Source: Acidimicrobiales bacterium
Lineage (GTDB): Bacteria > Actinomycetota > Acidimicrobiia > Acidimicrobiales > CATQHL01
Assembly: GCA_963664235.1 (NCBI GenBank)
Contig: OY760933.1
Coordinates: forward strand, 1,883,419 to 1,947,418
Length of the DNA stretch: 64,000 bases
Direction: 5' to 3'
The translations under genes were made by a program, and so were the position numbers. Shown here one piece after another: positions 1 through 8,629 of the stretch; positions within the stretch are counted from its first letter, which is position 1; each line of letters opens with the position of its first letter. Under the pieces are notes generated by a model. The model made no database searches. It was not told the origin of the DNA and saw nothing but the letters and a program-made list of their open reading frames with translations.

Positions 1-2168
1 CTGTGGGATGAGGATCCGACCCCGTTGATCGCGGTAACCGTGACCGAATAGGTGTTGCCGTTGGTCAGTCCACCGATGGTGTGATGGGTTCCCTGCACCG
101 GCGTGAAGTTCGTGGCACCGTCGGGCCCGGTCCAGTGCACGGCATAGGACTGCAAGGGAATCCCGCCGTCGCCGGCGGGAGGCGACCAGGAGACATTCAG
201 GAACCCGTCGCCTCGCTGCAACGACACGCCGGTCGGTGGGCTCGGGACTCCCAGGGGTGTGCCGGTTGCCGTGACAGCGGCCGAGGAGCCTCCCGCGTTC
301 GAGGCTGCGACGCTGATCGTGTAGGTGGCTCCGGTGGCGAGGTTGCGAAGCGTGCGGGCGGTGTCGGTGGTGGGGATCGTGCCCGAGGCGCCCGTGGAGG
401 AAACCCAGGTGAGCACGTAACCGGTGATCGGGCTGCCGCCGCTATTGGTGGGCGGTTGCCAGGTCACGACGATCTCGCTCGCCCCCGGCGTCAGTGAAAT
501 CGCCTGCGGTGCGGTCGGCGGGTCGATCGACGGGATCGTCACAGGTGCCGCGGTGGGTGTTATCGCAGCTGGCAGCGCCGTGCTTTCGCCGAAGACGAAC
601 TTGGTCGAGAGCAGGTGGCCCCCGCGCCCCGCGGAGTTCGGCAGCGGCCCCCATCCTTCCGACTCGGCACCCTTGTTGACGACGAACACGAGGCGCGAGC
701 CCGATACCGACCTCGTGGCCGACGAGCCGACGAGGCGAACCGTGGCCCGGTCGATGCGCCCCGAGACGCTGATGTTTTCCGACACCTCGATGCGCTGCAG
801 GGTGCCGACGTTGGTGTCGGCCACTCTGGCCAGCCAGCGACTGAGGGCGTCCACGCTGTAGGTGCGGGTCCACGGCGTGTAGGGGTCGCCGGCGGTGAAG
901 GGGTCCTGGGCGGCGACCAGGTAGGGGTGCTGCTCGTTGAAGGCGTAGCCGCTGTTCTCGGTGTAGCCGCCGCCGGAGGTCGTGAAGAGCGTCAAGGCCG
1001 GCTCGCCGCCGAAGGCCAGGACCTGCCCGGTGGTGTCGGCGATCGCCTGCAGCCACGGTCCGTTCCTCGGGGCGTTCTCCCGCGTGTTGCCGCTGTAGAC
1101 CTGGCTCATGGTGGTGGAGTAGATATCGAACGGCGCGGTCCACGTGTCGCTGTTGCGGTTCTCGCGGGCGACGTGCAGGGCGTAGCTCCTTGATGCGATG
1201 GCCTGGGCGCGCAACGCCTCGGTGGGCCAGTCCGGCGGGACCTCGGCCACGCCTCGGAGGTAATGCTCGAGGTCCAGGTTCGTCAGCACGATGCGGTACC
1301 AGGTGTCGCCTGACATTTTCGTGAGGGTTACCTGCCCGTGCGAGTACGAGTGGCGGGTGGCGGAGGACTCCACGGCGGTGCCGTCTGCTGTCCTGATCTG
1401 CAGGACGTCGCCGCTGCAGGCCTGCCCGGGGCAGAGCGCCGTTCCACCGCTGGTCGTCACGTCCCAACCGTCGCCGGAGCGGGTGACGGTGAACAACTCG
1501 GTTGCCGAGGAGCTGTACACGGCGTTGCCGTCGAGCACCAGTTCGAAGGAGCCGCGGGGGCGGAAGCGGCTCCGGCTGGCCGACGCCAGGTGGACCCGCA
1601 GGTCATTCATCGTCCACCCGCCGGTGAGCACGGTGCCGGGGTAGTAGAAGCCCAGGATGTCCGTGGCGGTCTGGCCGGCGGCGATCCTCGACGGTAGTGA
1701 TTGGTGGCTGATGCCCACACCGTGACCCCAGCCGGCACCGTTGAAGGTGACGTGATCTCCGGCACCGAGCGTCGGGGTGCTGAACCCGGCGCTCTGGGCG
1801 GCTGCGGGTCGGCTGGTGGGAACGCTCAACACCGCCGCGGCCAGGAACACCAGCGCGCCGGCAGCCGCCACAGCGCGGCGACCGACGGATCGGACGTGGT
1901 GTGGCTGGTTGGCCCGGGTGCCCGCCGCCCCTGCAGCCGGCGCAGAACGGAGTCCCGCGGCCCGAAGAGGTGCCCGCCGGCGCTGGGAGCGCAATCGGCG
2001 GGGATTGTCAGTAGCGAGGGAACGGACAGCCAGCGCGACGCGTCGCAGACCCAACCGGGAACTGACGAGTCGCAGATCCGACGGGGATATGACGATGTGC
2101 CGGCGCAGGAATCGACTGGCGGCGAAGGGACGACCAGCGCGCGCCGCGCGCCGGTGACGGTGTCTCAT
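1..2168 (-). CDS. Secreted SpoIID/LytB-domain protein with C-terminal fibronectin type III repeats (3' end runs off the window)
   Basis: Manual reverse-strand translation gives one open frame from ATG at 2168 to base 1. It is absent from the ORF track because no stop lies inside the window. It has a signal-like segment AVAAAGALVFLAAAVLSVPTSRPAAAQ and SpoIID hallmarks GWGHGVGIS, EHYLRGVAEVPPDWPTEALRAQAIASRSYAL and YSTTMSQVYSG. FN3-like modules follow (WQPPTNSGGSPITGYVL, WSPPAGDGGIPLQSYAV). Start uncertain; in-frame TTG at 1994 is an alternative. Confidence 0.8.
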   Translation of the reverse strand, partial: MRHRHRRAARAGRPFAASRFLRRHIVISPSDLRLVSSRLGLRRVALAVRSLATDNPRRLRSQRRRAPLRAAGLRSAPAAGAAGTRANQPHHVRSVGRRAVAAAGALVFLAAAVLSVPTSRPAAAQSAGFSTPTLGAGDHVTFNGAGWGHGVGISHQSLPSRIAAGQTATDILGFYYPGTVLTGGWTMNDLRVHLASASRSRFRPRGSFELVLDGNAVYSSSATELFTVTRSGDGWDVTTSGGTALCPGQACSGDVLQIRTADGTAVESSATRHSYSHGQVTLTKMSGDTWYRIVLTNLDLEHYLRGVAEVPPDWPTEALRAQAIASRSYALHVARENRNSDTWTAPFDIYSTTMSQVYSGNTRENAPRNGPWLQAIADTTGQVLAFGGEPALTLFTTSGGGYTENSGYAFNEQHPYLVAAQDPFTAGDPYTPWTRTYSVDALSRWLARVADTNVGTLQRIEVSENISVSGRIDRATVRLVGSSATRSVSGSRLVFVVNKGAESEGWGPLPNSAGRGGHLLSTKFVFGESTALPAAITPTAAPVTIPSIDPPTAPQAISLTPGASEIVVTWQPPTNSGGSPITGYVLTWVSSTGASGTIPTTDTARTLRNLATGATYTISVAASNAGGSSAAVTATGTPLGVPSPPTGVSLQRGDGFLNVSWSPPAGDGGIPLQSYAVHWTGPDGATNFTPVQGTHHTIGGLTNGNTYSVTVTAINGVGSSSH

Positions 2169-2376
2169 GAAGAGTTGTTTCCGAAGTCGTCACCGCCCCT
2201 TGCCACCAACATCATCGCCCACATTCACCACTTTCGCAACAGGCGGAACAATACCGAGACCCACTCGTCCCACATCGAATGAAGCGCAATGTCACCCCTG
2301 GAACCCGATCCCGACCCTAGGCCGGGCCGATTGCCCGGCCGCGTCAATGGCCTCCGGGCCGGTGGTCGCCGGGGAT

Positions 2377-2444
2377 TGGGTGCTGGTTCGGGTCGGTGGT
2401 TGCCGGGCGCTGGGTGCTGGTTCGGGTCGGTGGTTCCGGGCGGC
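2377..2444. repeat. Tandem direct repeat, about 34 bp x 2, upstream of gmd
   Basis: The 25-mer tgggtgctggttcgggtcggtggtt occurs at 2377-2401 and again at 2411-2435. Each copy is followed by a (g)ccgggcg tail. Confidence 0.7.
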
Positions 2445-2479
2445 CGGGGCCGCGCCGCGCCCGGAAGTAGAATCCGCCC

Positions 2480-3454
2480 GTGCCAGTTGCACTCATCACC
2501 GGCGTCACCGGTCAGGACGGCTCGTACCTCGCCGAGTTCCTGCTGGCGAAGGGCTATGAGGTGCACGGCACCACGAGACGGACCTCGCTGGACAACACCG
2601 GACGGCTTCGCGGCATCCTGGCCGATCCCACCTCCGCGGACCGGTTCAAGCTGCACACGTCGGACATGACCGACGGGGCGTCGCTCGTGCGACTCCTCGA
2701 GGCGACCCGGCCCGACGAGATATACAACCTGGCCGCCCAGAGCCACGTGGCGGTGTCCTTCGACGTGCCGGAGCAGACGATGCAGACCACGGGGCTGGGG
2801 CCGCTGCGCCTGCTCGAGGGTCTGCGGTCGCTTGGTTCCGCAGCGCGCTTCTACCAGGCCTCCTCCTCGGAGATGTTCGGGTCGGCCGCGACGCCGCAGA
2901 ACGAGCACTCGCCGCTGCGGCCTCGCTCGCCCTACGGCTGTGCGAAAGCGTTGGGACACTGCCTTGTGAGCAGCTACCGGGAGGCCTACGGGCTCTTCGC
3001 TGTCAGCGGGATCCTGTTCAACCACGAGAGCCCGCGGCGTGGCGAGACCTTCGTGACCCGCAAGATCACCCGAGGGGTGGCGGACATCCGGGCGGGCAGG
3101 ACCGGCGAGTTGCGGCTTGGGAACCTCGATGCCCGGCGCGATTGGGGGTTCGCCGGCGACTACGTCGAGGCGATGTGGTTGATGCTGCAGCAGGACGAGC
3201 CCGAGGACTTCGTGGTGGGCACCGGAGCGGCGCACTCGGTTCGCGAGTTCTGCGCGCTCGCCTTCGGGCAGGCCGGCCTGAACTGGGAGGACCACGTGCG
3301 GACCGATCCGCGGTTCGTCCGTCCGGCGGAACTGGACCACCTCGTGGCCGACCCCACGAAGGCGAACCGCGACCTCAGCTGGAAACCCAAGGTGGACTTC
3401 GAGGATCTCGTTTCGCTGATGGTCGAGGCCGATCGGATCCTTCCGCCGACGTAG
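2480..3454 (+). CDS. gmd: GDP-mannose 4,6-dehydratase
   Basis: N-terminus [27 protein letters not shown], plus [15 protein letters not shown] and [19 protein letters not shown] are typical Gmd motifs. GTG start sits 6 nt after a TAGAAT hexamer (2468-2473), consistent with a leaderless transcript. Confidence 0.95.
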   Translation: MPVALITGVTGQDGSYLAEFLLAKGYEVHGTTRRTSLDNTGRLRGILADPTSADRFKLHTSDMTDGASLVRLLEATRPDEIYNLAAQSHVAVSFDVPEQTMQTTGLGPLRLLEGLRSLGSAARFYQASSSEMFGSAATPQNEHSPLRPRSPYGCAKALGHCLVSSYREAYGLFAVSGILFNHESPRRGETFVTRKITRGVADIRAGRTGELRLGNLDARRDWGFAGDYVEAMWLMLQQDEPEDFVVGTGAAHSVREFCALAFGQAGLNWEDHVRTDPRFVRPAELDHLVADPTKANRDLSWKPKVDFEDLVSLMVEADRILPPT

Positions 3455-3731
3455 CCGCAACCAAGCTGTCCTGTACCGGTCGGGCAGGCGGTGGCCGCCG
3501 GCGTCGGGCCGGCCGGGTCGCTGCCAATCTGCCTTCTTCCGGGTCGGGAGGACGGCTTCGGCGTGGTAGCGGTACAACTGGCGCCAAGGGCAGTCGCTGT
3601 CAACCTGCTCTCCTCCGGGTCGGGAGGGCCGCAGGCTCGTGACCGCCGGCGCCAAGCCGGCCAATCGCCACTGATTGCCCTCGTGCCGGGGCGATACCGA
3701 GCAGAAGAGCGCTTATCGCTAGTGTGAACCC

Positions 3732-5090
3732 GTGCGAGCGCTGCGATTCTGCATCGTGGGCGGTGGCCCGGCCGGCAATTCGTGTGCGTCGGTAGCCGCC
3801 CGGCTCGGAGCCGAGGTCACCTTGATCGAGAAGGACATCCTCGGCGGCGCCGCCAATCTCTGGGACTGCATCCCGTCCAAGGCGATGATCGCGGCAGGCG
3901 GTGTCATGTCTTTCGTGTCCCGTGCCACCGGGATGGGGCTGGATCCGGTGACGCCCACCATGGATCTGGACGGCCTGCGGGAGTACATCGAATCCACCCA
4001 GCGTCAGCTGAACGAGTCGCTGAGCCAGATGCTGGAGAGCCAGGGTGTCGACATCGTCGAGGGCACCGGCACACTCGTCGGTCCGCACGAGGTCGTTGCC
4101 GAGACCTCCGATGGTCGCCGCGAGTTCACTGCCGACGTGATTGTGTTGTCCACCGGCAGCCGTCCGCGTGTACCCGAGTGGTGTACGCCCGACGGCCGGC
4201 GTGTACTCACCACTCGCCAGGCGTACCCGCCGCCCGAGGTTCCGCAGCATCTGGTGATCATCGGTTCAGGGGTGACCGGAGTGGAGTTCGTCCACATGTT
4301 CAAGAGCTTCGGTAGCGACGTGACGCTCATCGTGAGCCGCCAGCAGGTCCTGCCGGGTAAGGACCCCGAGGTGGCCGCCCTTCTCGAGGAGAGCTTCCTG
4401 ACGCGGAAGGTGAACCTCTACAAGGGGGCCCGAGCCAAGGCAATCGATGTCCAGGGCGACGGCGTGGCGGTGCACTGCAACGATGGGCGGGTCGCCCTCG
4501 GGAGCCATGCCCTGCTGGCCGTCGGCGCGATCCCGAATTCGGAGCAACTGGGATTGGAGGCGGCCGGCGTGGAGTCCGACGGCGGCTACGTGCCGATCGA
4601 CCACAACTGCAAGAGTTCGGTGCCGCACATCTACGTCGCCGGGGACCTCAGCGGGAAGGCTCTGCTGTCGTCGGTTGCGGCGATGCAGGGTCGCAAGATC
4701 GCCGAGCACGCCATGGGGTTGCACCGGAACCGCCCGCACCGCCACATCGACTACAGCCAGGCTGCCTCGGCAGTGTTCACCGAGCCCGAGATTGCCGAGG
4801 TGGGCCTCACCGAGGCGGAAGCCACGGGCCGGAAGATCCGGGTCACCAAGATGCCGTTCTCGGTCACCCCGAAAGCTCTCATCAACAACGACCCGCGGGG
4901 TTTCCTGAAGCTGGTCTCGGACCCTGCCACGGGCGTTGTGCTCGGCGGGTCCATTGTGGGAGGCCAAGCCGCCGAGCTGATCTCGGTCGTGGCACTGGCG
5001 GTGACCGCCCATCTCACGGTGAGCGACATCTCTGAGACCCTCTTCGCCCACCCCACCCTCTCCGAAGCCCTCGGCGACGCCGCCGAGTAG
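3732..5090 (+). CDS. Pyridine nucleotide-disulfide oxidoreductase, LpdA-like NAD(P)H flavoprotein lacking the first redox cysteine
   Basis: FAD fold IVGGGPAGNSCA, dihydrolipoamide-dehydrogenase-like layout and a C-terminal dimerisation region with FAHPTLSEAL. The active-site stretch reads GGAANLWDCIPSK instead of GGTCLNVGCIPSK. GTG start is 6 nt after TAGTGT (3720-3725). Confidence 0.85.
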   Translation: MRALRFCIVGGGPAGNSCASVAARLGAEVTLIEKDILGGAANLWDCIPSKAMIAAGGVMSFVSRATGMGLDPVTPTMDLDGLREYIESTQRQLNESLSQMLESQGVDIVEGTGTLVGPHEVVAETSDGRREFTADVIVLSTGSRPRVPEWCTPDGRRVLTTRQAYPPPEVPQHLVIIGSGVTGVEFVHMFKSFGSDVTLIVSRQQVLPGKDPEVAALLEESFLTRKVNLYKGARAKAIDVQGDGVAVHCNDGRVALGSHALLAVGAIPNSEQLGLEAAGVESDGGYVPIDHNCKSSVPHIYVAGDLSGKALLSSVAAMQGRKIAEHAMGLHRNRPHRHIDYSQAASAVFTEPEIAEVGLTEAEATGRKIRVTKMPFSVTPKALINNDPRGFLKLVSDPATGVVLGGSIVGGQAAELISVVALAVTAHLTVSDISETLFAHPTLSEALGDAAE

Positions 5091-5095
5091 CGCCG

Positions 5096-5713
5096 ATGAG
5101 CAGCGCCGCCGAGCAGCCGCCGCCGAACGACGACGCAGAGCCGCCGCCGATGAACAGCCCCGCCGAGCAGCCGCCGACGAACGACGACGCAGAGCAGCCG
5201 CCGCCGAACGACCCCGCCGAGCCGACAGAGACCGCACTCGACGGATCCGATCCGACCGGGCCGCAGGAGCCGCTCGGATCGGTGCTGGCGCGTCTCGCTG
5301 CCCGCCTGTTCGACGCGGCGCTGATGGTGCTGGCGGTGCTCGCGAGTGTTCCGCTGTCCAACAGCGGCCAGATCGCCGTTCTCGTGGCGGTGCCGATCCT
5401 CTACGAGACGATCATGGTGGCGACAGTTGGCAGGACGGTGGGCAAGATGCTCCTCGGTCTGCACGTTGTGCGCCGCCCGGACGGCGCCCGGCCGGGATGG
5501 TTGCCCGCGCTGACCCGGGGCGCTCCAGCGGGCATCCTGGCCGCCGGCCCGCAGGTCGCCGCAATCCTGATGGTGGTATCCATCCTGCCGATGGTTGGCG
5601 ACACGAGGCTCCAGCGCAGCCTGCAGGACCGAATTGCCAGCACTGTCGTCGTCCAGCGCCAACGCCCCTGGGGACCCCGATCCGCAGCAGGATCAGGCGA
5701 ACGCGGGTCCTGA
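5096..5713 (+). CDS. RDD family membrane protein with Pro/Asp/Glu-rich N-terminal repeats
   Basis: ARLAARLFDAALMVLAV, GRTVGKMLLGLHVVRRPDG and DRIASTVVV match the RDD architecture. The N-terminus carries AEQPPPNDD-type repeats. The start lies 5 nt after the upstream stop. Confidence 0.8.
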   Translation: MSSAAEQPPPNDDAEPPPMNSPAEQPPTNDDAEQPPPNDPAEPTETALDGSDPTGPQEPLGSVLARLAARLFDAALMVLAVLASVPLSNSGQIAVLVAVPILYETIMVATVGRTVGKMLLGLHVVRRPDGARPGWLPALTRGAPAGILAAGPQVAAILMVVSILPMVGDTRLQRSLQDRIASTVVVQRQRPWGPRSAAGSGERGS

Positions 5714-5735
5714 CTCCCCCCAGACGGGCGATCCC

Positions 5736-5930
5736 GACACCCGGTACTCGTCACCCCCGGCGTTTATCGCGACCGGCGTCCACCGCCCCCGGTACTTGTC
5801 ACCTCCGGTGCTCACCCCAACCGGCGTCCACCGACACCCGGTACTCGTCACCCCCGGCGCTTATCACAACCGGCGTCCACCGCCCCCGGTACCTGTCACC
5901 CCCGGCGCTCACCCATCCGGCGCTCACCCA
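5736..5930. repeat. Intergenic tandem repeat, about 97 bp x 2 at roughly 90% identity, with internal sub-repeats
   Basis: gacacccggtactcgtcacccccggcg... starts at 5736 and again at 5833. The sub-motifs ccggtacNNgtcaccNccgg and accggcgtccacc recur. It lies in the convergent gap between the RDD gene (stop 5713) and the dioxygenase gene (stop 5974). Confidence 0.75.
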
Positions 5931-5973
5931 TCCGGTACTCACCACACCCGGCTGATGAGCGCCTCGCCGCAAC

Positions 5974-6876
5974 TCAGGTGTCGGCCGGATCCTGCTGCGA
6001 GCTGAAGATCGTCGGAAGGCCCTTGCGTGCGAAGTCGGGGGCGCCGTGCATGCGGCGACCGTCGATGGTGAGCATCTGGGAAGCCTCACCGCCGCAGATG
6101 CTGCCGCCGTGCGCGTCGAGGATGCTGTTGAGGCCGATCTGGCCGACGGGGTAGGAGTCGATCGCCGAATAGGTCTGCAGCAGCAACGGGCGAGGCCGCG
6201 GCGAGTTGTTCGGCAGCGAGCCGTGAATCATGCAGCAGTTGTGGACGGTCACGGACCCCGCAGGGCCATCGAGGTACACGATCCGATCGAGGTCCAACTC
6301 CGCAACGTCGGCATCATCGATTGCGCCGGCCCAGGATCCGTCGGCTCCGTATAGGTCATAGAGCGGTCCGCGATGGCTCCCGGGCAGCACCCCCATCGGC
6401 GCCATGTCGGCGTCGACGTCGCTGAGGTAGACCCCGATAGTGAGCGGCGTGAAGTCGGTGTGGGGCCAGAACTGGATGTCCTGGTGCCATTTCACCTCCG
6501 CGCCGCCGCCGGACCACTTGAAGTTGAGCTTCGAGTGGTGATACCGCACCGGCCCGCCCAGCAAAGCCGAGGCGAGTTGCGCCGGCGGACCTTCCAAGAT
6601 GAACCGCGCGTAAGTCGGGTGCCGGTCGACCGGGTAGTTGAGGCGCCGCAGCCTCGGGGCCTGCGCTGTGTGCGCCGGTTCGAGATCGAACTCCGTGCCC
6701 GAGGTGGTCTCTGAGCGGCTGGCCTCGATGAACTCCGCTGTAACCGCATTGAGTTCCTCGAGCCACTCGGCCCCGACGAAGCGAGGCAGGCACAAGTAGC
6801 CGGTCGCCTCGTACTCGGCGCGTTGGCTCTCTGAGATGAGACCCGCCGCTTCTGGGGGTGCTTCTGCCAGCGTCAT
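5974..6876 (-). CDS. Phytanoyl-CoA dioxygenase (PhyH) family Fe(II)/2-oxoglutarate oxygenase
   Basis: Motifs WHQDIQFWPHTD, LTIGVYLSDVDADMAPMGVLPGSHRG and VTVHNCCMIHGSLPN. I chose ATG 6876 (MTLAEAPP...) because TATGGT sits 6 nt upstream on the minus strand (6883-6888). The longer ORF to 7050 also runs through a 14-bp tandem repeat, which is not a multiple of 3. Confidence 0.8.
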   Translation of the reverse strand: MTLAEAPPEAAGLISESQRAEYEATGYLCLPRFVGAEWLEELNAVTAEFIEASRSETTSGTEFDLEPAHTAQAPRLRRLNYPVDRHPTYARFILEGPPAQLASALLGGPVRYHHSKLNFKWSGGGAEVKWHQDIQFWPHTDFTPLTIGVYLSDVDADMAPMGVLPGSHRGPLYDLYGADGSWAGAIDDADVAELDLDRIVYLDGPAGSVTVHNCCMIHGSLPNNSPRPRPLLLQTYSAIDSYPVGQIGLNSILDAHGGSICGGEASQMLTIDGRRMHGAPDFARKGLPTIFSSQQDPADT

Positions 6877-6966
6877 ACCCAAACCATACCGGGCGAGCCT
6901 GTCCCGCAGCCGGGTGCGGCTCTCCCGCCGCAGACTGCGGACCAGGGCGAAGACGCCCGGACGAGT

Positions 6967-7022
6967 CGCTCCGCTCGATCCGCTCCGCTCGATCCGCTCC
7001 GCTCCGTCCGCTCGCGCTGTCC
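6967..7022. repeat. 14-bp tandem repeat (cgctccgctcgatc), two perfect plus two degenerate copies
   Basis: Perfect units at 6967-6980 and 6981-6994. Degenerate units at 6995-7008 and 7009-7022. Confidence 0.75.
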
Positions 7023-7137
7023 GTTCCGCCGCGTCGCGTCCGGCCGTCACGTCTTCCCGCCCACCCGGGCCGGGGCTGCCATGTGTTGTTGGTTGTCAAG
7101 GTGCGTTCGGCTGTTCCGGGCGATGTGTCCCGTGGGG

Positions 7138-8553
7138 TTAGGCGGCCCTTCTGGGGGCGTCGCTCGGCGGCCGCTGGTTCGGGTGGCGTTCTCGGCGAGG
7201 CTGCGCGGGGGTTCTCGTGGCGACTCCCGGGGGTCTCTGCGGTCCTCGGGGTGGCCCTGTTGATTGTCGGGTGCTGATTGCCCTGGCTTCTTTGGCGTGG
7301 TGTAGGTGGTGGTGTTTGCTGCACAGCAGTGTGAGGTTGTCGAGGTTGGTGGGGCCGCCTTTCGCCCATGGGATGATGTGGTGGATTTCGCACATCCAGT
7401 GCGGTCGGTCGCAGCCGGGGGCGGTGCAGGTGCGGTCGCGGGCGATGAGCGCTCTGCGGAGGCTGGTGCTGGCGCACCGGCGGGTGTAGCCCAGATCCAG
7501 TGTGAGGCTTGGCCGGTCGAGGGCGGCGGTGAGGATGTCGGCGTCGCAGAGCAGGCGCCGGGCCGCCGCGGGCGACAGGGGAGTGGTGTCGTCGAGTTCG
7601 CAGCGGCTGTGTTCGTGCATGCCCCGCTCGAGGGTTTCGGCGTCGATGAGGAGCATGACGTCGATGTGGGAGCCGAGCGGTTCGCCGTTGTTGTCGCCGA
7701 GTTGGCGGGATCGGCGGGCCATGTCCACCAGCGCGTCGGCGTTGCGTTGCGGGCAGGTCAGTTCGGTGGCTGGGACCCCGTCGGCGTCGGGGTGTTCGGC
7801 GCGCCAGCGGGCTTCGGCGAGGCGTCGCAGTTCGTTCTCGAACAGTGCGAACTGGTCGGCGGGCAGCAGGGCCCGGGCGCCGTGCATGCCGTCATCGCCG
7901 TCGAAGGTGGTCACGCTGCGCCGGCGGCGTTGGCGCAAATCCCGTTCGGTTCCGTCATCGCCGGCGGCGAGGTCGGCCCAGCGGCGAAGGAACCGGCGGT
8001 ACTCCTCGACGCTCATCGTCTCGGCGGCGCGGATCAGCTCCGCTTGTTCATCCCGCGCTGCTTCGGCGATGCGGCGCGCCGCGCTCGGGAAGTCCAGGTC
8101 CGCGTCGATGCTGAGATCCACGTCGGCGGGCAAGGCGATCTGTGTGAGCGCCTGTGTGTGGCCGTGGGTGATACGTCCCTCGGCGAGAGCTTCGCCGACC
8201 TCGGGCAGTTCCTCCAGCGCGAACGCGGTGCGCGCCCGGGCGAGGGCCTCGCGGCGGCTCACGCCCGCCACGCTGCGCAGCCAGCCGGCGGTGTCCACCG
8301 CGCCCGTTTCCCGGGCTACGTTGCGCTGCTCCGCCTCAGCCAGAACCTCCGCCTCGTAGGCATCCAGCCAGGCACGCGCCATCCGCACGGCCCGCAGGCA
8401 AGCACCCAGACCGTCCGCGCCGGCAACTGCCGCGGGTCGACGACACAGCACCCGCAGCACCGCCAGCAAGCGCCCGAAGGCTGGGGCCCCGGCGCCGCTG
8501 TTCCCACAAGCGGCAGCCGAGTTGCTTCGGCCTTCGGCGACTGTTCGATTCAC
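7138..8553 (-). CDS. DUF222 / HNH endonuclease (mycobacterial REP13E12-like family)
   Basis: C-terminal HNH signature CTAPGCDRPHWMCEIHHIIPWAKGGPTNLDNLTLLCSKHHHLHH follows a long DUF222-like helical N-terminal region. I chose the GTG at 8553 (VNRTVAEG...) because it lies 7 nt after a TAAGGT -10 element with an upstream TGTCACAC box. The longer ORF to 8727 would overlap fxsA and its promoter. Confidence 0.85.
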   Translation of the reverse strand: MNRTVAEGRSNSAAACGNSGAGAPAFGRLLAVLRVLCRRPAAVAGADGLGACLRAVRMARAWLDAYEAEVLAEAEQRNVARETGAVDTAGWLRSVAGVSRREALARARTAFALEELPEVGEALAEGRITHGHTQALTQIALPADVDLSIDADLDFPSAARRIAEAARDEQAELIRAAETMSVEEYRRFLRRWADLAAGDDGTERDLRQRRRRSVTTFDGDDGMHGARALLPADQFALFENELRRLAEARWRAEHPDADGVPATELTCPQRNADALVDMARRSRQLGDNNGEPLGSHIDVMLLIDAETLERGMHEHSRCELDDTTPLSPAAARRLLCDADILTAALDRPSLTLDLGYTRRCASTSLRRALIARDRTCTAPGCDRPHWMCEIHHIIPWAKGGPTNLDNLTLLCSKHHHLHHAKEARAISTRQSTGPPRGPQRPPGVATRTPAQPRRERHPNQRPPSDAPRRAA

Positions 8554-8560
8554 GAGGACA

Positions 8561-8582
8561 ACCTTACGAAAGGGGTGTGACA
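8561..8582 (-). promoter_or_regulatory. Candidate damage-type promoter TGTCACAC-N8-TAAGGT, 7 nt upstream of the HNH GTG (leaderless)
   Basis: Minus strand reads CTGTCACAC CCCTTTCG TAAGGT TGTCCTC GTG. The box and spacings are identical to the site at 13455-13476. Confidence 0.5.
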
Positions 8583-8600
8583 GTCCCCTCCCGGCCCGCC

Positions 8601-8622
8601 TGTCGCCACCGCTGCCTACGCT
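8601..8622 (+). promoter_or_regulatory. Candidate damage-type promoter TGTCGCCA-N8-TACGCT, 7 nt upstream of the fxsA ATG (leaderless)
   Basis: Plus strand reads TGTCGCCA CCGCTGCC TACGCT GAGGGTG ATG. It lies back to back with the HNH promoter. Confidence 0.45.
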
Positions 8623-8629
8623 GAGGGTG

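Noticed and set aside
2167-2559. ORFs of 60-130 aa in the spoIID-gmd divergent region (2167-2559 plus, 2292-2492 minus)
   Set aside because: They are low-complexity Pro/Arg/Gly translations spanning a tandem DNA repeat and the gmd promoter. There is no start context, and they overlap the gmd start.
5736-5965. Possibility that the tandem repeats form a CRISPR array
   Set aside because: The units are directly adjacent, about 97 bp long, and nested. There are no unique spacers of regular length and no cas genes in the window.
6678-6691. GTTCGA-GA-TCGAAC palindrome reminiscent of LexA SOS-box half-sites
   Set aside because: The arm order and spacing are wrong for the actinobacterial TCGAAC-N4-GTTCGA box, and it lies inside the PhyH coding region. 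I found no convincing SOS box elsewhere in the window.
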